NCBI GenBank assembly: GCA_051294375.1
Contig: JBJCIZ010000239.1
Location: 123,036-187,035, forward strand
Source of the DNA: Paraspadella gotoi
Taxonomy: Eukaryota > Animalia > Chaetognatha
DNA: 64,000 nucleotides
Direction of reading: 5' to 3'
Shown here: piece after piece, positions 1 to 13,168 of the stretch
Layout: each line of letters starts with the position of its first letter
How positions within the stretch are numbered: position 1 is the first letter of the stretch
Made by a program: the position numbers and the translations under genes
Notes under the pieces: generated by a model
What the model was told of the DNA's origin: nothing
The model's database searches: none
What the model saw: the letters and a program-made list of their open reading frames with translations, nothing else

Positions 1-1527
1 GACGACGACGACGACGACGACGAAGATTCCACCCACAAGATGACGAGTCATTAGGGGGCGAAAAAACCGTTGGTGACGTCGACTGCAAGAATCAAGACGA
101 GCGNNNNNNNNNNNNNNNNNNNNNNNNNNNNNNNNNNNNNNNNNNNNNNNNNNNNNNNNNNNNNNNNNNNNNNNNNNNNNNNNNNNNNNNNNNNNNNNNN
201 NNNNNNNNNNNNNNNNNNNNNNNNNNNNNNNNNNNNNNNNNNNNNNNNNNNNNNNNNNNNNNNNNNNNNNNNNNNNNNNNNNNNNNNNNNNNNNNNAAGC
301 AGTTGGCGGAGGAGAAAGGGAAAAGGGAAAAGAAAAGAAAAAAAAGATAGGTAAAAACAATAAAGGAAAGTAAAAAGCCGAGAGGGAGATGAATGAAAAC
401 TAGTCAAAAGTCGAGAATCCAAAATGTTTGGAAATTAAGTAGAATCGAGTTGACAACAAAAAAAACTTTCGTTCAAACTGCAAAAACGAATGAATTTGAA
501 CGTCAAATCTCTTTTTTGTAATAATGATATTTTAAAGTTGGCGTCTTTAAAAATAATATTATATCATATATTTTATATTTATATATTTATAAACAGTCAA
601 ACTGACGGCCTGAAAAGCGTCTTATTGCGTCGCGTCTCGACTCGAATGAAAAAAAAAATATATTGATAAACTAAAATTGAAGATTTACGAATGAAAAAAG
701 GCGATGAAATATGCANNNNNNNNNNNNNNNNNNNNNNNNNNNNNNNNNNNNNNNNNNNNNNNNNNNNNNNNNNNNNNNNNNNNNNNNNNNNNNNNNNNNN
801 NNNNNNNNNNNNNNNNNNNNNNNNNNNNNNNNNNNNNNNNNNNNNNNNNNNNNNNNNNNNNNNNNNNNNNNNNNNNNNNNNNNNNTTTTCTCTCAGTCGC
901 GCCATCTTTGTCATGGATGTTTTTCTCTCTTTTTCGATGTTGTTTAATCCGGCGACAAGGCGTCGATTATCTCTCTCTCTCTGTCTCTCTGTCTCTCNNN
1001 NNNNNNNNNNNNNNNNNNNNNNNNNNNNNNNNNNNNNNNNNNNNNNNNNNNNNNNNNNNNNNNNNNNNNNNNNNNNNNNNNNNNNNNNNNNNNNNNNNNN
1101 NNNNNNNNNNNNNNNNNNNNNNNNNNNNNNNNNNNNNNNNNNNNNNNNNNNNNNNNNNNNNNNNNNNNNNNNNNNNNNNNNNNNNNNNNNNNNNNNNNNN
1201 NNNNNNNNNNNNNNNNNNNNNNNNNNNNNNNCTTCGTTTTTTTCTCTTTCGGTTTTTCCGTTTCTTTTGTTGTGACGAGTCCGATTTGACGCCACTTCCG
1301 GTGAGACGCCAAACCCATCGGGAGAAAATGAAGTGAGAGAGAGAGAGAGTGAGTCAGAGTTAAACGATTTCCCCAAAAAACAGAGAGGGAGACAAAGAAC
1401 TTTGGTGGAAAAAGAGTCGGAGAAGATTCAAACTTTTCCTCGCGGAAGAAATTCTTTCGCTGGAAGAAAAAAACCCGTTTGAGTCGGCGATTTTTCTTTT
1501 CTGCGCATGCGCGCGATTTGCGTGCGC

Positions 1528-1705
1528 GAAAAGAGACATGCGTGTAGGAAAGGAGATCTGGGTGTTGCAAAGAGACTTGCGTTTGTGGAAATAAAATTTA
1601 CGAAAAGTGTCTTGCTTTTTCAAAAAGAGACTTGTGTTTACAAAAAAAGAGACTTGCATGTTAAAAAAGTTACTTGCGTGTGCAAAAAGAGACTTGCGTG
1701 TGAGA
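1528..1705. repeat. Degenerate ~20-bp minisatellite, consensus approx. AAAAAGAGACTTGCGTGTGC
   Basis: Recurring AAAGAGAC(A/T)TG(C/T)GT units, clearest at 1622-1705. Confidence 0.75.
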
Positions 1706-4053
1706 CGTTAGGAGAGAGAGAAGGAGAAGTTAAGCCTTGATAGAGAGAAAGAGAGCGGAGAGAGCGGAGAAGAGAGGACATAGAGACGAGTGGGATGAGG
1801 GAGAAGAAAGAGGAGACGCATGGGAAATGTAGAGGAAAGAGGGACATTCGGTTTGGGTGGGAAAGATGTAGAGAGAAGAAGAGAGAGTATGTAGAGAAGC
1901 CAGAGAGAGAGAGAGCGAGAAACCGACAATAATGAGTGTAGGTCTCTTGAGCTTGTGAATGCGTAAAAAACGGAGGACTGGGTTGTTAGGGAGAATATTT
2001 AATGAGTTGTATCTGGAAGGTATAAACTCTGGGTCGGCACGAAATTGTTTAAAAATTGAATCGCGTTAATTTAACAAAAATAAATAATTTTTTTATGCTC
2101 GGACAGAATTTAAAAAAAATACTATTAACGGAATATTGATAATAAAGGAATAATATAAAATAATCTGAGTTATAGACAGTACTGATATTTTATTATTTTA
2201 TAATTCTGCCGATTAAGGAAGATTAATTCAAGAGGGATAAGAAAAAAGAATGAGGTAAAATGAGGTATGTGGACTATTTTATATAATTTTTTTGAATAAA
2301 AAAATTAATGAAAAACAAAATTATTAATCGACAAATAAAAAAAAGAAGAAAGAAAATGAGAAGAAGATCGTATATAGTGTTTTTGGGGGAGAGTTATGTT
2401 GGGTTTAGAATTTGTTGATTTCTTTTGTCAATTATTTAGCGAATGATTACAGTTCGCGGAGAGAGAGAGAGACGAGAGAGCTTATGATTGATTGAATAGA
2501 GAGAGAGCAGAGGATTGACGTAGAGAGAAAGAGAGAGAGAGAGAGAGGGACGTCAAAGAGAGAGAACGAGAGAGAGACCACGAGTAAGGATTTGAGAGGA
2601 GCCTCTGATTTATGCAATAAAAAAAGTTCGGATATTCGGAGCTTTTTCAGAACAAAATTTTAGAAGGTGAAATTTTGTATCGGAAAACAAAATAATTCAA
2701 TACGCAAATAATAATACACAATCTAATACCTTAAATTAATTTGCGCTTTGAATAAATTCTGTTCAGGATCGAAAAATATTGATTTGTATATATGCAAATC
2801 CTCTTAATTCTTTTCTTTTTCTAAATTTTATTCTGCTTCGTGTTCGAGCGGATAGGAGGTAGCGGGAAACGTTCTTGTTACTCGTGAGTGTGATTTAGGA
2901 ATAAATTATGTTTCTTTTAAGACACACAATTCCCTTTAAGAGCAATAAATTGATGCGATAGTATTATTTCTGGCAAATTTTGAGCAAAATTTATTAATAT
3001 TTGTCATTAATATTTATCCGATCATTTTCAAATGAATTATTCATATTATGCAGCACGATATCTGGTCCGCCATGAGTATTAATTCGGTTCATCTTAATTT
3101 TTAGGGATTATGTTGTATTATTCACTTCTATAGTTGTATACATGATGAATTCATTTTAGTTCCTGTATTATTACATCATATAAATAATATAAAATTGGAA
3201 TATGTTCCAATTACACTTCATAAAAACATGCTAAATTTATCACATCTAGCGTATTAAAAAATCCTAAGATATGTTACAATTATAATAAACGTATATTTAT
3301 TAGACGGAATTCTCGAGGAATGTGGAGTTTCTTTAACAATTTAAATGATAATAATTTTGGGAACTAATTTAATATCGTAGGGGAATTTTTTTATAGATTT
3401 AAATTTTTTTTTTAAGTTTAGTTTGGTTCTTTTTTTACGAAATTTTTATTTTAATGCAGTTAACTTCTAATTTGAGGATTATATCATTTTTCTATTAATT
3501 TTTTATTTTTAAATTCAATATACACCCATTGAAGTCGCGTACACTATTAACCTTAATCGTATGGGGTAATCTATGGGCGAAGAGAGACATGGCTCGCTTC
3601 GTGTGTGGTTTCGTAATTTTGCAAGTCGAAAAAGAAAAAACGATTACGGCACTTCGCTGGCTTGTCTGCATTTTTCCTCTATTCTACTCTCTTGTTCGCT
3701 TTACTTTTAGTTCGGATCCATAAGAACGGTGTATATTCTTGGCATGCATTGTATCACCAGAGGTTCGATCTTACCACATGTTTACACTTATATGTGTATA
3801 CCATTGTCCATTCGTTGGCAATGGATGGACTGGTGCTGTTGTGCGGGATGCCAGTCGCGCGTTTCTCCAACTGCTGAGCCTTCTTAGCCGTCACAGTTGT
3901 GGTGCGGTTGTTCTATAGTTTTCTAATAGGTTCTAGTACTACCATGAGGAGTTAAAAATTAAAAGCTCCAATTCTGNNNNNNNNNNNNNNNNNNNNNNNN
4001 NGCTCAATTCTGGTCTTTCTGTCAGCTGTTTTCTGTTAGTAAATTTAGTATAG

Positions 4054-4387
4054 CTTCCGGCTCCACCGAAGACCGCCTCCTGTTCAACCCAAGGGGATTC
4101 CGGTTCCGGTTCCTCCCTTGCCAATTCCGGGTTTACCCCACCCACGGCTTCTATTCTGACCTACAGCATTTCCGGCTCCACCCACCTCACATCCGGCTCC
4201 ACCCACGTCACATCCGGCTTCACCCACCTCACATCCGGCTCCACCCACCTCACATCCGGCTCCACCCACGCCTCATCCGATTCGATCAACGCTACTTCCT
4301 CTGTTTCTCTCATGAGTTTGACAAGAAAATGTCAACGCGATTATTCCAATGAACTGATTTTTTTCGCATTCTACGTCTTCCTCTTTT

Positions 4388-4421
<34 letters not shown>

Positions 4422-4488
4422 TGTAAATGTCCTTTTCTTTTTAGTTCGTTGCTTTAAGCTGAAAAAGCTTTTTGAGTGGAAATATTAA
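4054..4488 (+). CDS. Putative terminal exon: Ser/Thr-rich stalk, transmembrane segment and short basic tail
   Basis: After the TTTAGTATAG acceptor-like site the frame is stop-free for 144 codons: LPAPPKTASCSTQGDSGSGSS...(SGSTHLT)x~5...SINATSS...ELIFFAFYVFLFFVVVVVVVVVVVVNVLFFLVRCFKLKKLFEWKY*. Missing from the ORF track because it has no early start codon. No homology recognised. Confidence 0.4.
4171..4279 (+). repeat. 21-bp tandem repeat, 5 copies (TCCGGCTCCACCCACCTCACA)
   Basis: Directly visible near-perfect units; unit length is a multiple of 3. Confidence 0.95.
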
Positions 4489-6136
4489 AGTATCAACTTC
4501 TCTATATGAAACTGAAAGAATCAATTTTCCCGGTGTTTTATTATTATCTAAAGTTGCGAAAAAATCCTATTTTACTAGGCTAACTTGAACCCCATTATAT
4601 TGGAAGAAAACATTTGAGAAGGGAAAAAAAAACAAAATTGAGAACATAAAAATTATAAATGTATTAAACAATTTTTAACCATACTGTGGCCATATTACAA
4701 GCTCCTAGTAATATCTGACGTAACTATTATATGCCTAGTATTGTAAATGGAGGATTAAGTATACAGTTATATTAATTAAGGTAAAACGAAATCAATTAAA
4801 ACGAAAGGGGTTACAATTCGTTACCCGGCCAAACTCGTGACTGACTGTTACAAAGCGATCGAAAACCAAAGTACATTTGTTTACACTTCAAGTCAAGACC
4901 GAAAACCGGTCATTCTAAAAATGCTGAGCCGAGATTTCTTTGGGTTGCACCAGAGAATTCTGACTTTTAAACTTTTAAAAGATTATATCAATTTTCGCCG
5001 CTTCAAAATGATTTTTTCAAATTTTTTTCCCAAAAAGTCTCGAAGACGCTGTATGAGAGAGAGAGAGACAGAGAGAGTTTTTTCGTTCAAAATAATTTTT
5101 TTTCATTTTTGTTAATATACAAGCAAACATTTTTCTAAAATGTATTTAGAAAAATGTTTGCTTCCTTNNNNNNNNNNNNNNNNNNNNNNNNNNNNNNNNN
5201 NNNNNNNNNNNNNNNNNNNNNNNNNNNNNNNNNNNNNNNNNNNNNNNNNNNNNNNNNNNNNNNNNNNNNNNNNNNNNNNNNNNNNNNNNNNNNNNNNNNN
5301 NNNNNNNNNNNNNNNNNNNNNNNNNNNNNNNNNNNNNNNNNNNNNNNNNNNNNNNNNNNNNNNNNNNNNNNNNNNNNNNNNNNNNNTTTTTTTCAATTCC
5401 CTATCCGATATCATTAGCGAAGGACAGATATTTTCAAGGGAGTTCGTAAGCTATTCAATTTTTTCTTATATAAAAAAAGGCAATGTTGCCCTGAAAAGCT
5501 TTGTTGACTGTTTTCCTGATTAGCCGTCCGAGGAATCCGTCCATCTTTTTCCGTCTGTCAGTATCTCTCTCNNNNNNNNNNNNNNNNNNNNNNNNNNNNN
5601 NNNNNNNNNNNNNNNNNNNNNNNNNNNNNNNNNNNNNNNNNNNNNNNNNNNNNNNNNNNNNNNNNNNNNNNNNNNNNNNNNNNNNNNNNNNNNNNNNNNN
5701 NNNNNNNNNNNNNNNNNNNNNNNNNNNNNNNNNNNNNNNNNNNNNNNNNNNNNNNNNNNNNNNNNNNNNNNNNNNNNNNNNNNNNNNNNNNNNNNNNNNN
5801 NNNNNNNNNNNNNNNNNTTTTTTTCTTCGAATTTCTGTCGATTTCCCGCGGAATGCTCGATTCCGGGCCCCGAATGGAAAAAAGGGGGGAAAGACCGAGA
5901 AAACGAGAAAGAATTAAGGGAAGGAAAATATTAAAGAGGAAAAAATGGTGATTCGACTTGAAAAATGATGGAACGATGATTCATGGCGAAACGTGGATCC
6001 CGACTCTCTTAATGGACGATAGAGAAAGAGAAAAAAATATTGTAAATCGCATTATCGATTCACTATTGCCAATGAAATTATACAATTTAAAAAAAAATTA
6101 AATATTCTTTTTTTCAACTAAAAATATCATCGTAAG

Positions 6137-6475
6137 AGACTCAGCTTCACCTAAAGTGAAATCGGATCGGAGGATCGGGCGATCGCCGCTAGAATGGAAT
6201 CACTGAACCGTGATTGGTCGATACAGAACCGGAATTGACCAATCAGCTTCTAGGATCGATAAAACTGTAAAAATCACTCTTGCCTCTGATCCTTTTTTCT
6301 AAATATAAATAGACCAAGCTTTCGTTAGTTTCAGTATAATTGATCTGGACTCCTGCGTGTGTCTCACCGTCACCATTATTATTCTCAGAATAAATCGCGT
6401 TTTGATTTAATCCAAAAAATCCATAAGTTTTTCCTTCAATGTGGTAGCAGTGGTAAGATTTGAACCTATGCCTCC
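6137..6475 (-). mobile_element. tRNA-Leu-headed SINE-like element, diverged 5'-truncated copy
   Basis: Reverse complement aligns along its length with 21085-21375: GGAGGCATAGGTTCAAATCTTACCACTGCTACCACATTGAAGGAAAA, then GACGGTGAGAC.C.CGCAGGAGTC, then TGATTGGTC..GACCAATCA, then GGTGAAGCTGA. Confidence 0.75.
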
Positions 6476-6847
6476 TACTATATATTATATTCTTTGCCAA
6501 ATTTTTATCATTTTTTATTTAATAACTTATTCTTTATTTTTATATTAAAAATATAAACGTTTTAAAGCACAAAAGCTTTTAGGAATATATAATATGGATT
6601 TAAATAACATTATCTAAAAAAAAGTTTTAAAGCCTAATACCAAAAGTGCTGTCAGGTTATTTTTAAAACCATTAACAGCGATCTACAAATGTGACCGGGT
6701 TCCTGTTATTTTTTCTTCTGAAGTAGTTTTCTTTTCGATTCAGAAAAACTGAAGAAATTCTCAATTTACTTTTTATATTTTTTAAAAACTTCATTTTTTT
6801 AATGATTCTAAAATGAGAGTCACGAGTAGTCGATTTCTCTTACACAC

Positions 6848-6890
<43 letters not shown>

Positions 6891-7039
6891 ATCTCTCTCT
6901 CTCTTGTGTTTACACATGCCATTTTTTTCTGGTAACTGCACCTGAAACTGGAGATATTACGCGGGCCAAATCCTTGCAGTTTAAACTTTTAAACTTCGCG
7001 CAGTTTCGGGGAAGCTAACTATAAGTTCACCGCCACTAC

Positions 7040-7445
7040 GCCCTGTGGCGGTCTTTGCCGGGAATCTCATTCGCGGTGAGATCGGTCTTCAATCTTTGAT
7101 CCCCTTCAAAAATTATGGCGGGGATTCCCCGTAGTGGTTAAAAAATAAACAGTTGTAGGGAACAGGGGCAGAGTGCTGTGAGAACTGTCCCCTTATTGCC
7201 AGTTCGAACTGAGCGTTTATGAGCCGCGTCATACTTGTGAAACTGCAATTACATTTATACCAAGTATTACGCCGCTTAAAAACCTTCCATAGTTACGGGT
7301 CATACGGGGACAGCTTCTACAGTTTTTCATAAAAGTCCACTACAAATGCTTATTTTATTTGCACGATGGGGAATATAAATCCCCGCCACAATTTGTGATC
7401 GGGATCGCGAATTGAAGCACGATCCCGCCGTGAATCCCGAGAAGA
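7040..7445. mobile_element. MITE/foldback-like element with long imperfect terminal inverted repeats
   Basis: 7045-7128 (ATTCGCGGTGAGATCGGTCTTCAAT...AAATTATGGCGGGGATT) is the reverse complement of ~7378-7440 (AATCCCCGCCACAATTT...ATTGAAGCACGATCCCGCCGTGAAT). Inner pairs at 7140-7160/7339-7357 and GAACTGTCCCC/GGGGACAGCTTC. No TSD resolved. Confidence 0.65.
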
Positions 7446-8437
7446 AATCCTTATTGTGAAGCCATCTCTATTGTGAAGAATTTCCGCTCGGTTTCTCCAC
7501 GTTTGTGTTTGTTATAGTCGCCTACTTCGTTTTCGTTTTTGTTGTTATCCTTTTTAGTCAAATTGTATTCTTCTTTGTCATATTCATTATCGTCGTTATT
7601 GTCGTCGTCATTTGTCGAGTTCATCCTCGTCATCGTCATGTTCGTCCCCATGTTTGTCGCCGTCGTAATCCATGTCGTGTTATCACTGTCATGTAATGAC
7701 TGTCATGTACATCTCTTTCTTTGTTAGTTATCATCATTTTTCCTCGGGATTCTCTTTTACCGCTTCGGTTTCGCTTTGTCATTTTTCTTTGCTCTCTCTC
7801 TCTCTCTCTCTCTCTCTCATCTCTCTCGTCTCTCTCTCTCTCNNNNNNNNNNNNNNNNNNNNNNNNNNNNNNNNNNNNNNNNNNNNNNNNNNNNNNNNNN
7901 NNNNNNNNNNNNNNNNNNNNNNNNNNNNNNNNNNNNNNNNNNNNNNNNNNNNNNNNNNNNNNNNNNNNNNNNNNNNNNNNNNNNNNNNNNNNNNNNNNNN
8001 NNNNNNNNNNNNNNNNNNNNNNNNNNNNNNNNNNNNNNNNNNNNNNNNNNNNNNNNNNNNNNNNNNNNNNNNNNNNNNNNNNNNNNNNNNNNNNNNNNNN
8101 NNNNNNNNNNNNNNNNNNNNNNNNNNNNNNNNNNNNNNNNNNNNNNNNNNNNNNNNNNNNNNNNNNNNNNNNNNNNNNNNNNNNNNNNNNNNNNNNNNNN
8201 NNNNNNNNNNNNNNNNNNNNNNNNNNNNNNNNNNNNNNNNNNNNNNNNNNNNNNNNNNNNNNNNNNNNNNNNNNNNNNNNNNNNNNNNNNNNNNNNNNNN
8301 NNNNNNNNNNNNNNNNNNNNNNNNNNNNNNNNNNNNNNNNNNNNNNTAATGATTGGGATAACGACTGGAAAAGGGGATTGTAATTCCGCTTCCACTCATT
8401 GACACGAAAATTGTTCTTTACGACTTTTCGTTCACGT

Positions 8438-8478
<41 letters not shown>

Positions 8479-9059
8479 CTTAGCGTCAGTGATCGACGTG
8501 AGAGAGAGAAGATTTCTCCTTAATTGGCTTTAAAAAAAATCAATCGTGAAATTATTCCACACCCGATCGGCTCATTCTAAGATAAGTTAAACAAAGTTGA
8601 GTTTTGTTAACTCTACAAAATTCATAAACGTTCGTTTAGTCGTTCAGTTTTTAAACAACTAAGCTCGAAATGAACCTCGTGAGATCGTTTCTACCCGTTG
8701 AACTCTTTCGACTTAAAAACCAGAAGGCTCCCCGTTCGCTCCTTTGCGCGACGTTGCCGCCGCCTCAGCCGCTTCAGCCGCCGCAGCTGCCGTCGCCGTC
8801 GCCATTACCTTCTGCCCGCCGCCCGTTGTTTCCGGGGTCGTTCGGAGTCGAAGCCAAGCGGAACCGGAATCGCCGTTGACCTGGTTTTTCCTGTCGGCGC
8901 CGTCGTCGTCGTTGTTGTCGTCGTCGTTGTCGTCGTTAGTTTCGTTGTTGTTTCGTCGTCGTATTCGTCGTCCTATTTCGGGTCCTCAATATCTTTGTCT
9001 ATGTTGTCGTCTTTTCTGAGAGTGCCAGATTTCTGTTCCTTCATCCTCAACCCTTATAT

Positions 9060-9225
9060 TTAACCTATATATAACCCGAATCCATAATCTTAACCTAATC
9101 CCGAACTTGTACCCTCAACCTTTAACCCTAATTTTTAACCTTAATTCCTAACCCTAATCACTACCAAAATCCCTTACCTTAGACTTAGGCTTAGTCACTA
9201 ACACAATCCCTAACCTCTAACCTAA
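9060..9225. repeat. Degenerate (TAACCC/TAACCT)n telomere-like hexamer tract
   Basis: Repeated TAACC(C/T) and TAATCC units (TTAGGG-like on the minus strand), interstitial and degenerate. Confidence 0.6.
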
Positions 9226-9764
9226 TTTTAAGGTTTGTATCTAAAAAAGATTAACTTAATTCCGAATTTAAGAGGGAAATGGGGGGTTCTTGGAAAATAA
9301 AGCCGATAATTGTGCAGCTGGTGAAATGGATCGAGAAGTGTGTGACTAACAGGCGAGAATGAAATACGCCTGACGAAAGCTAAATGATTGTCAGGCCCCT
9401 AATCATTACGACTTCGGACTGTGATGCCTCGCGGGACTAAATACTAAAGACTCTGGAACAATGCCAAACTGTTCATTCGGAACAATACAACTACTTATGT
9501 TTTGGTGTCTACACAGAATGGATATCCTTTCTCTGTTTATACAATACTTTTGTGATATTTTAGTATAAAACTAGAGCTCTTATGAAAATACTAATAATAT
9601 CGAGTAGCCGATGCTTAATATTATCTTGGATCGACCGCGCTATCTCAGTTTGAAATCCACAATCTAATGATTCGTTGAAACCCTCAGCATCCAAACTGGT
9701 ATTTTTCCTCGTTTTGCCTAAAGAAAAATTCGTTGGGCGGAAAGAGAGGAGAGAGAGAGAGATG

Positions 9765-9823
<59 letters not shown>

Positions 9824-10316
9824 GCTGCATCTCAATGTGTTTATCTACGACAGAAAACGGCCTTTCAAATCGTGTAAGATTTTCTTTTGCGATGAATCAA
9901 TTATTTTAAATCGGAAAGGTTTCCGTTTTTCTCTGAACCCTGAGCTTTGTCACGTTAGGATCAGATCTTGATGTAGAGCGATTTATAATTAATTAATCAT
10001 TTCATTAATATATCCTTTTTTTTTCTTTTTCTCGATCTTTTTCGCGGAAAAAATAACAGGTAAGTGAATAAATAGTTTTAACAGTTAAACATTTGCCTAA
10101 ACATACGCAGAAAGAAAAGCGTTTTAACGAAACTTCAATATGTGGTAATCACATGTTACAGCATCACTTTTGATAGCCGTCTTTAAATTGTGATGCATTT
10201 GTAACCCGATGTATTTATGTCTGTCTGTCTGTCTGTCTGACTGTTTGTCTGTCTGTCTGTCTCACACTATATTGATTTCTTTATATCTTCCTCTCTATCT
10301 CTTCTTTAGTTTTTTC

Positions 10317-10368
<52 letters not shown>

Positions 10369-10397
10369 CTCTCTCTCCTCTTTCTCTCTTCTTCTCT

Positions 10398-10432
<35 letters not shown>

Positions 10433-10625
10433 TCCTCTCTCCTCTCTCTCTCTCCTCTCTCTCTTCTCTCGCTCTCCCGCTATAACGACGAAAACGCGGC
10501 TGGCATCTCGGGAAAAGCGATAAGACACGAGAACGCATTTATTTGAGATCCGGAGGAGATAGAAAAATAGAGAGAGGGAAAGATAGAGAGAGAATAGAGA
10601 GTAGGAGAGAGAGAAGAAGAGAGGA

Positions 10626-10658
<33 letters not shown>

Positions 10659-10829
10659 GAGATAGAAAATAGAAGGAGAGATAATAGAGATAGAGATACA
10701 GATAAAAATAGAGAGGGAGTGGAAAGCCTTAATAGAGTAACAATATACAGGATAAAAGAAAACGTAAATGGAAAGAAGGTAAGGTAAGCGTAAGGTTAGA
10801 AACAAAAACTGAATTCTATACTTCGTCAT

Positions 10830-11390
10830 CGTCGTCTGCAAAAATCGACGCCATTTTTCGTCGTCGTCCTCGTCGTCTCCTCTTCTCGTCGATCTCATAA
10901 CGTCGTCATCGTCATCATCGTCGTCCATCTCGCGTCATTTCATCAATCATTGACGGTCGCCATCATCACTTTTGTAATCGTCTCGTCGTTACGTTGTCGT
11001 CATCTCATCGTCATTCGTCGTCCGTCATCTCAATGGATGTCATCATATCGTCTTCGTCATCGCATCATCATCGTCTCGTCTCATTAACGTCGTCGTCTCA
11101 TACGTCTCTGATCGTCGTCATCGTCATCTCGTACTCGTCATTGACGTCTTCGTCATCGTCTCCATCATCGTTGTCATCGTTTCGTCATCGTATCGTGTCT
11201 CATCATCATGTGTCATGATCCATCTGTCATCACATCGTCATTGTCGTCTCATCATCATCGTCGTCGTTCATTCATTAACTCTCGTCGTTCATCGTCGTTC
11301 ATCGTCCAGTCGTCAACATCGTCATGATCGTCATCATCCGTCTCATAATCTCGTCGTCGTCGTCATCTCGTCTCACTTGATCGTCGTCGC
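10830..11390. repeat. Degenerate (TCG/TCA)n trinucleotide tract
   Basis: Directly visible; source of spurious poly-D/S/T ORFs. Counterpart at 19380-19785. Confidence 0.9.
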
Positions 11391-12578
11391 CTCATTCGCA
11401 TTTCCCTCGACTTTTCATGGAAACTCATAAAAAATTGTGAGAAAAAAAAAAAAATCCTGAATTTCGCCGAAGAAAAAATGAAGCGACAAGAAAATGAAAG
11501 AGAATGAATCACTAGTCGAAAGTACGAACTTTGAAAGGAATTGAGAAGAGATGAATGAGAGATGAACATGATGAGATGATGGAGAATGAATGAATGAGAA
11601 AGTTGTATTTAGGAATAACTGAATGAGAATTGAATGGAATTGAATAAAGAATAAGTGAATGATTTATAAATGGAGAACGAGATGAGGACATGAATGAAGG
11701 TAAGAATGAATGAATGAATGAATGATGAGTTGATACAAACATTGATACAGACATGGAATGACTGAATATAATGATGACATTAGAACATAAATAAAATGAA
11801 TAATTACAGAATGAATGAATAATGATGAATGAAGGTCAATTGAATAAAGACATGAATTGATGAATTAGCAAAACAATGATGACAGAATGAATGATCTGAA
11901 TAATGATGACTGAAGAAATAAATTATAATGAATAATGAATGAAAGAGGAAAAAACGAATGAAAAACGAATAAATGAAAACAATACAATAATGAAAAAAAA
12001 ATATTAAGATATAAGAAATATTTTTATTAACAAAGCTCTAATAACGGAGAGTTATCAATAATAATAATAAACTAAATCTAACTGAAATTAGGGAAAAACT
12101 TTGAAATTCAAGTCAGATAGCAGATATTTCCCCTTCAAAAGAAACTTTCATCTTTTGTATCTTTTTTTAAAATTTTATTCTTCATTCTTTCTTTCCAAAC
12201 AAAAAAAAAAAAAAGAAAAAAGAAAAATGACGCTTATTATCTCAACATATTCACTCGCTGTTGCTAATCCGACACAACCCATCTCCCTTTTTTATGTGCC
12301 AAAAGAGAGAGAGAGAGAGAAGAGACGAGAGAAAGAAGGGAGAAGAAAGAAAAGAGAAAAAGAGAGAGAGGAGAGAAGAGAGAGACCTAATTTAAGCATC
12401 TCACTTCCCTTTTCTCTTAATTGCGAAACAGTGAACTTGAAGCCCAAAAAAAGGAGCAGGGCTTTTTTTAATTTTATTTCCCTTCTTCATAAGTCGTCGT
12501 CGTGTGTCGTCGTCGTCTCGTCGTCAACACAGGGGTCGATGTTCCGCCGAAGGCCTCGAGATTCGAGTCATGAAATTT

Positions 12579-12867
12579 AGTCTACTTCGGAGCGTGCGGT
12601 TCAATCCTTACCGCTGCCACCACATTTAGGAAAAGATGAGATTTTTATTCCGAGAGTTATGGTGACTGGTGATGAGCACGCGCCCCAGGAGTCTCGCATC
12701 ATGTACTGAAGCTAATTGAAGCAGTCTATTCATATCGAGGGAACGGACAGACAAATATTTTCCATCAATCCTGCAAGGCATGATCGGGATTCCGTTTACC
12801 TCCACCAATCATGATTAGGGATTCCATTTGGCGCCCCATCCGGTTCAACTTTTGTGAGCTGACGCTA
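12579..12867 (+). mobile_element. tRNA-Leu-headed SINE-like element (noisy duplicate of 21075-21375)
   Basis: AGTCTACTTCGGAGCGTGCGGTTCAATCCTTACCGCTGCCACCACATTTAGGAAAAG followed by the same body. Confidence 0.7.
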
Positions 12868-12874
12868 AAATAGA

Positions 12875-13168
12875 GAGCAAACAATGCGGTCTGCTCCGAT
12901 CATATCGGTATTAAAATATATATTAAGAATTAATTAATTAATTTAAATTATTCAAGCTTTAATTAATGCAATTAATTAATTAATTAGATCCGCAATGTTT
13001 GTTTTATATTAATATGACTGATTAATTAATAGTTGAAATAATCACTATGTTAATAATATTAATTATTTTGATTTATTAATTACATATTGCATTTACATTT
13101 CAAGGGCGGCACGGACGACCGACAAGTGAATTATAGATTTCGGATCTGCTAACAGGATCCACTAAAAA
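12875..13168 (-). mobile_element. DINE-1/HINE-like element (noisy duplicate of 21386-21710)
   Basis: GAGCAAACAATGCGGTCTGCT ... GACAAGTGAATTATAGA...GGATCTGCT...GGATCCACTAAAAA. Confidence 0.7.

Noticed and set aside
51-1570. Long ORFs spanning N runs (also 5112-5917, 7672-8405, 34302-36017, 53538-53990)
   Set aside because: Open only because N codons contain no stops.
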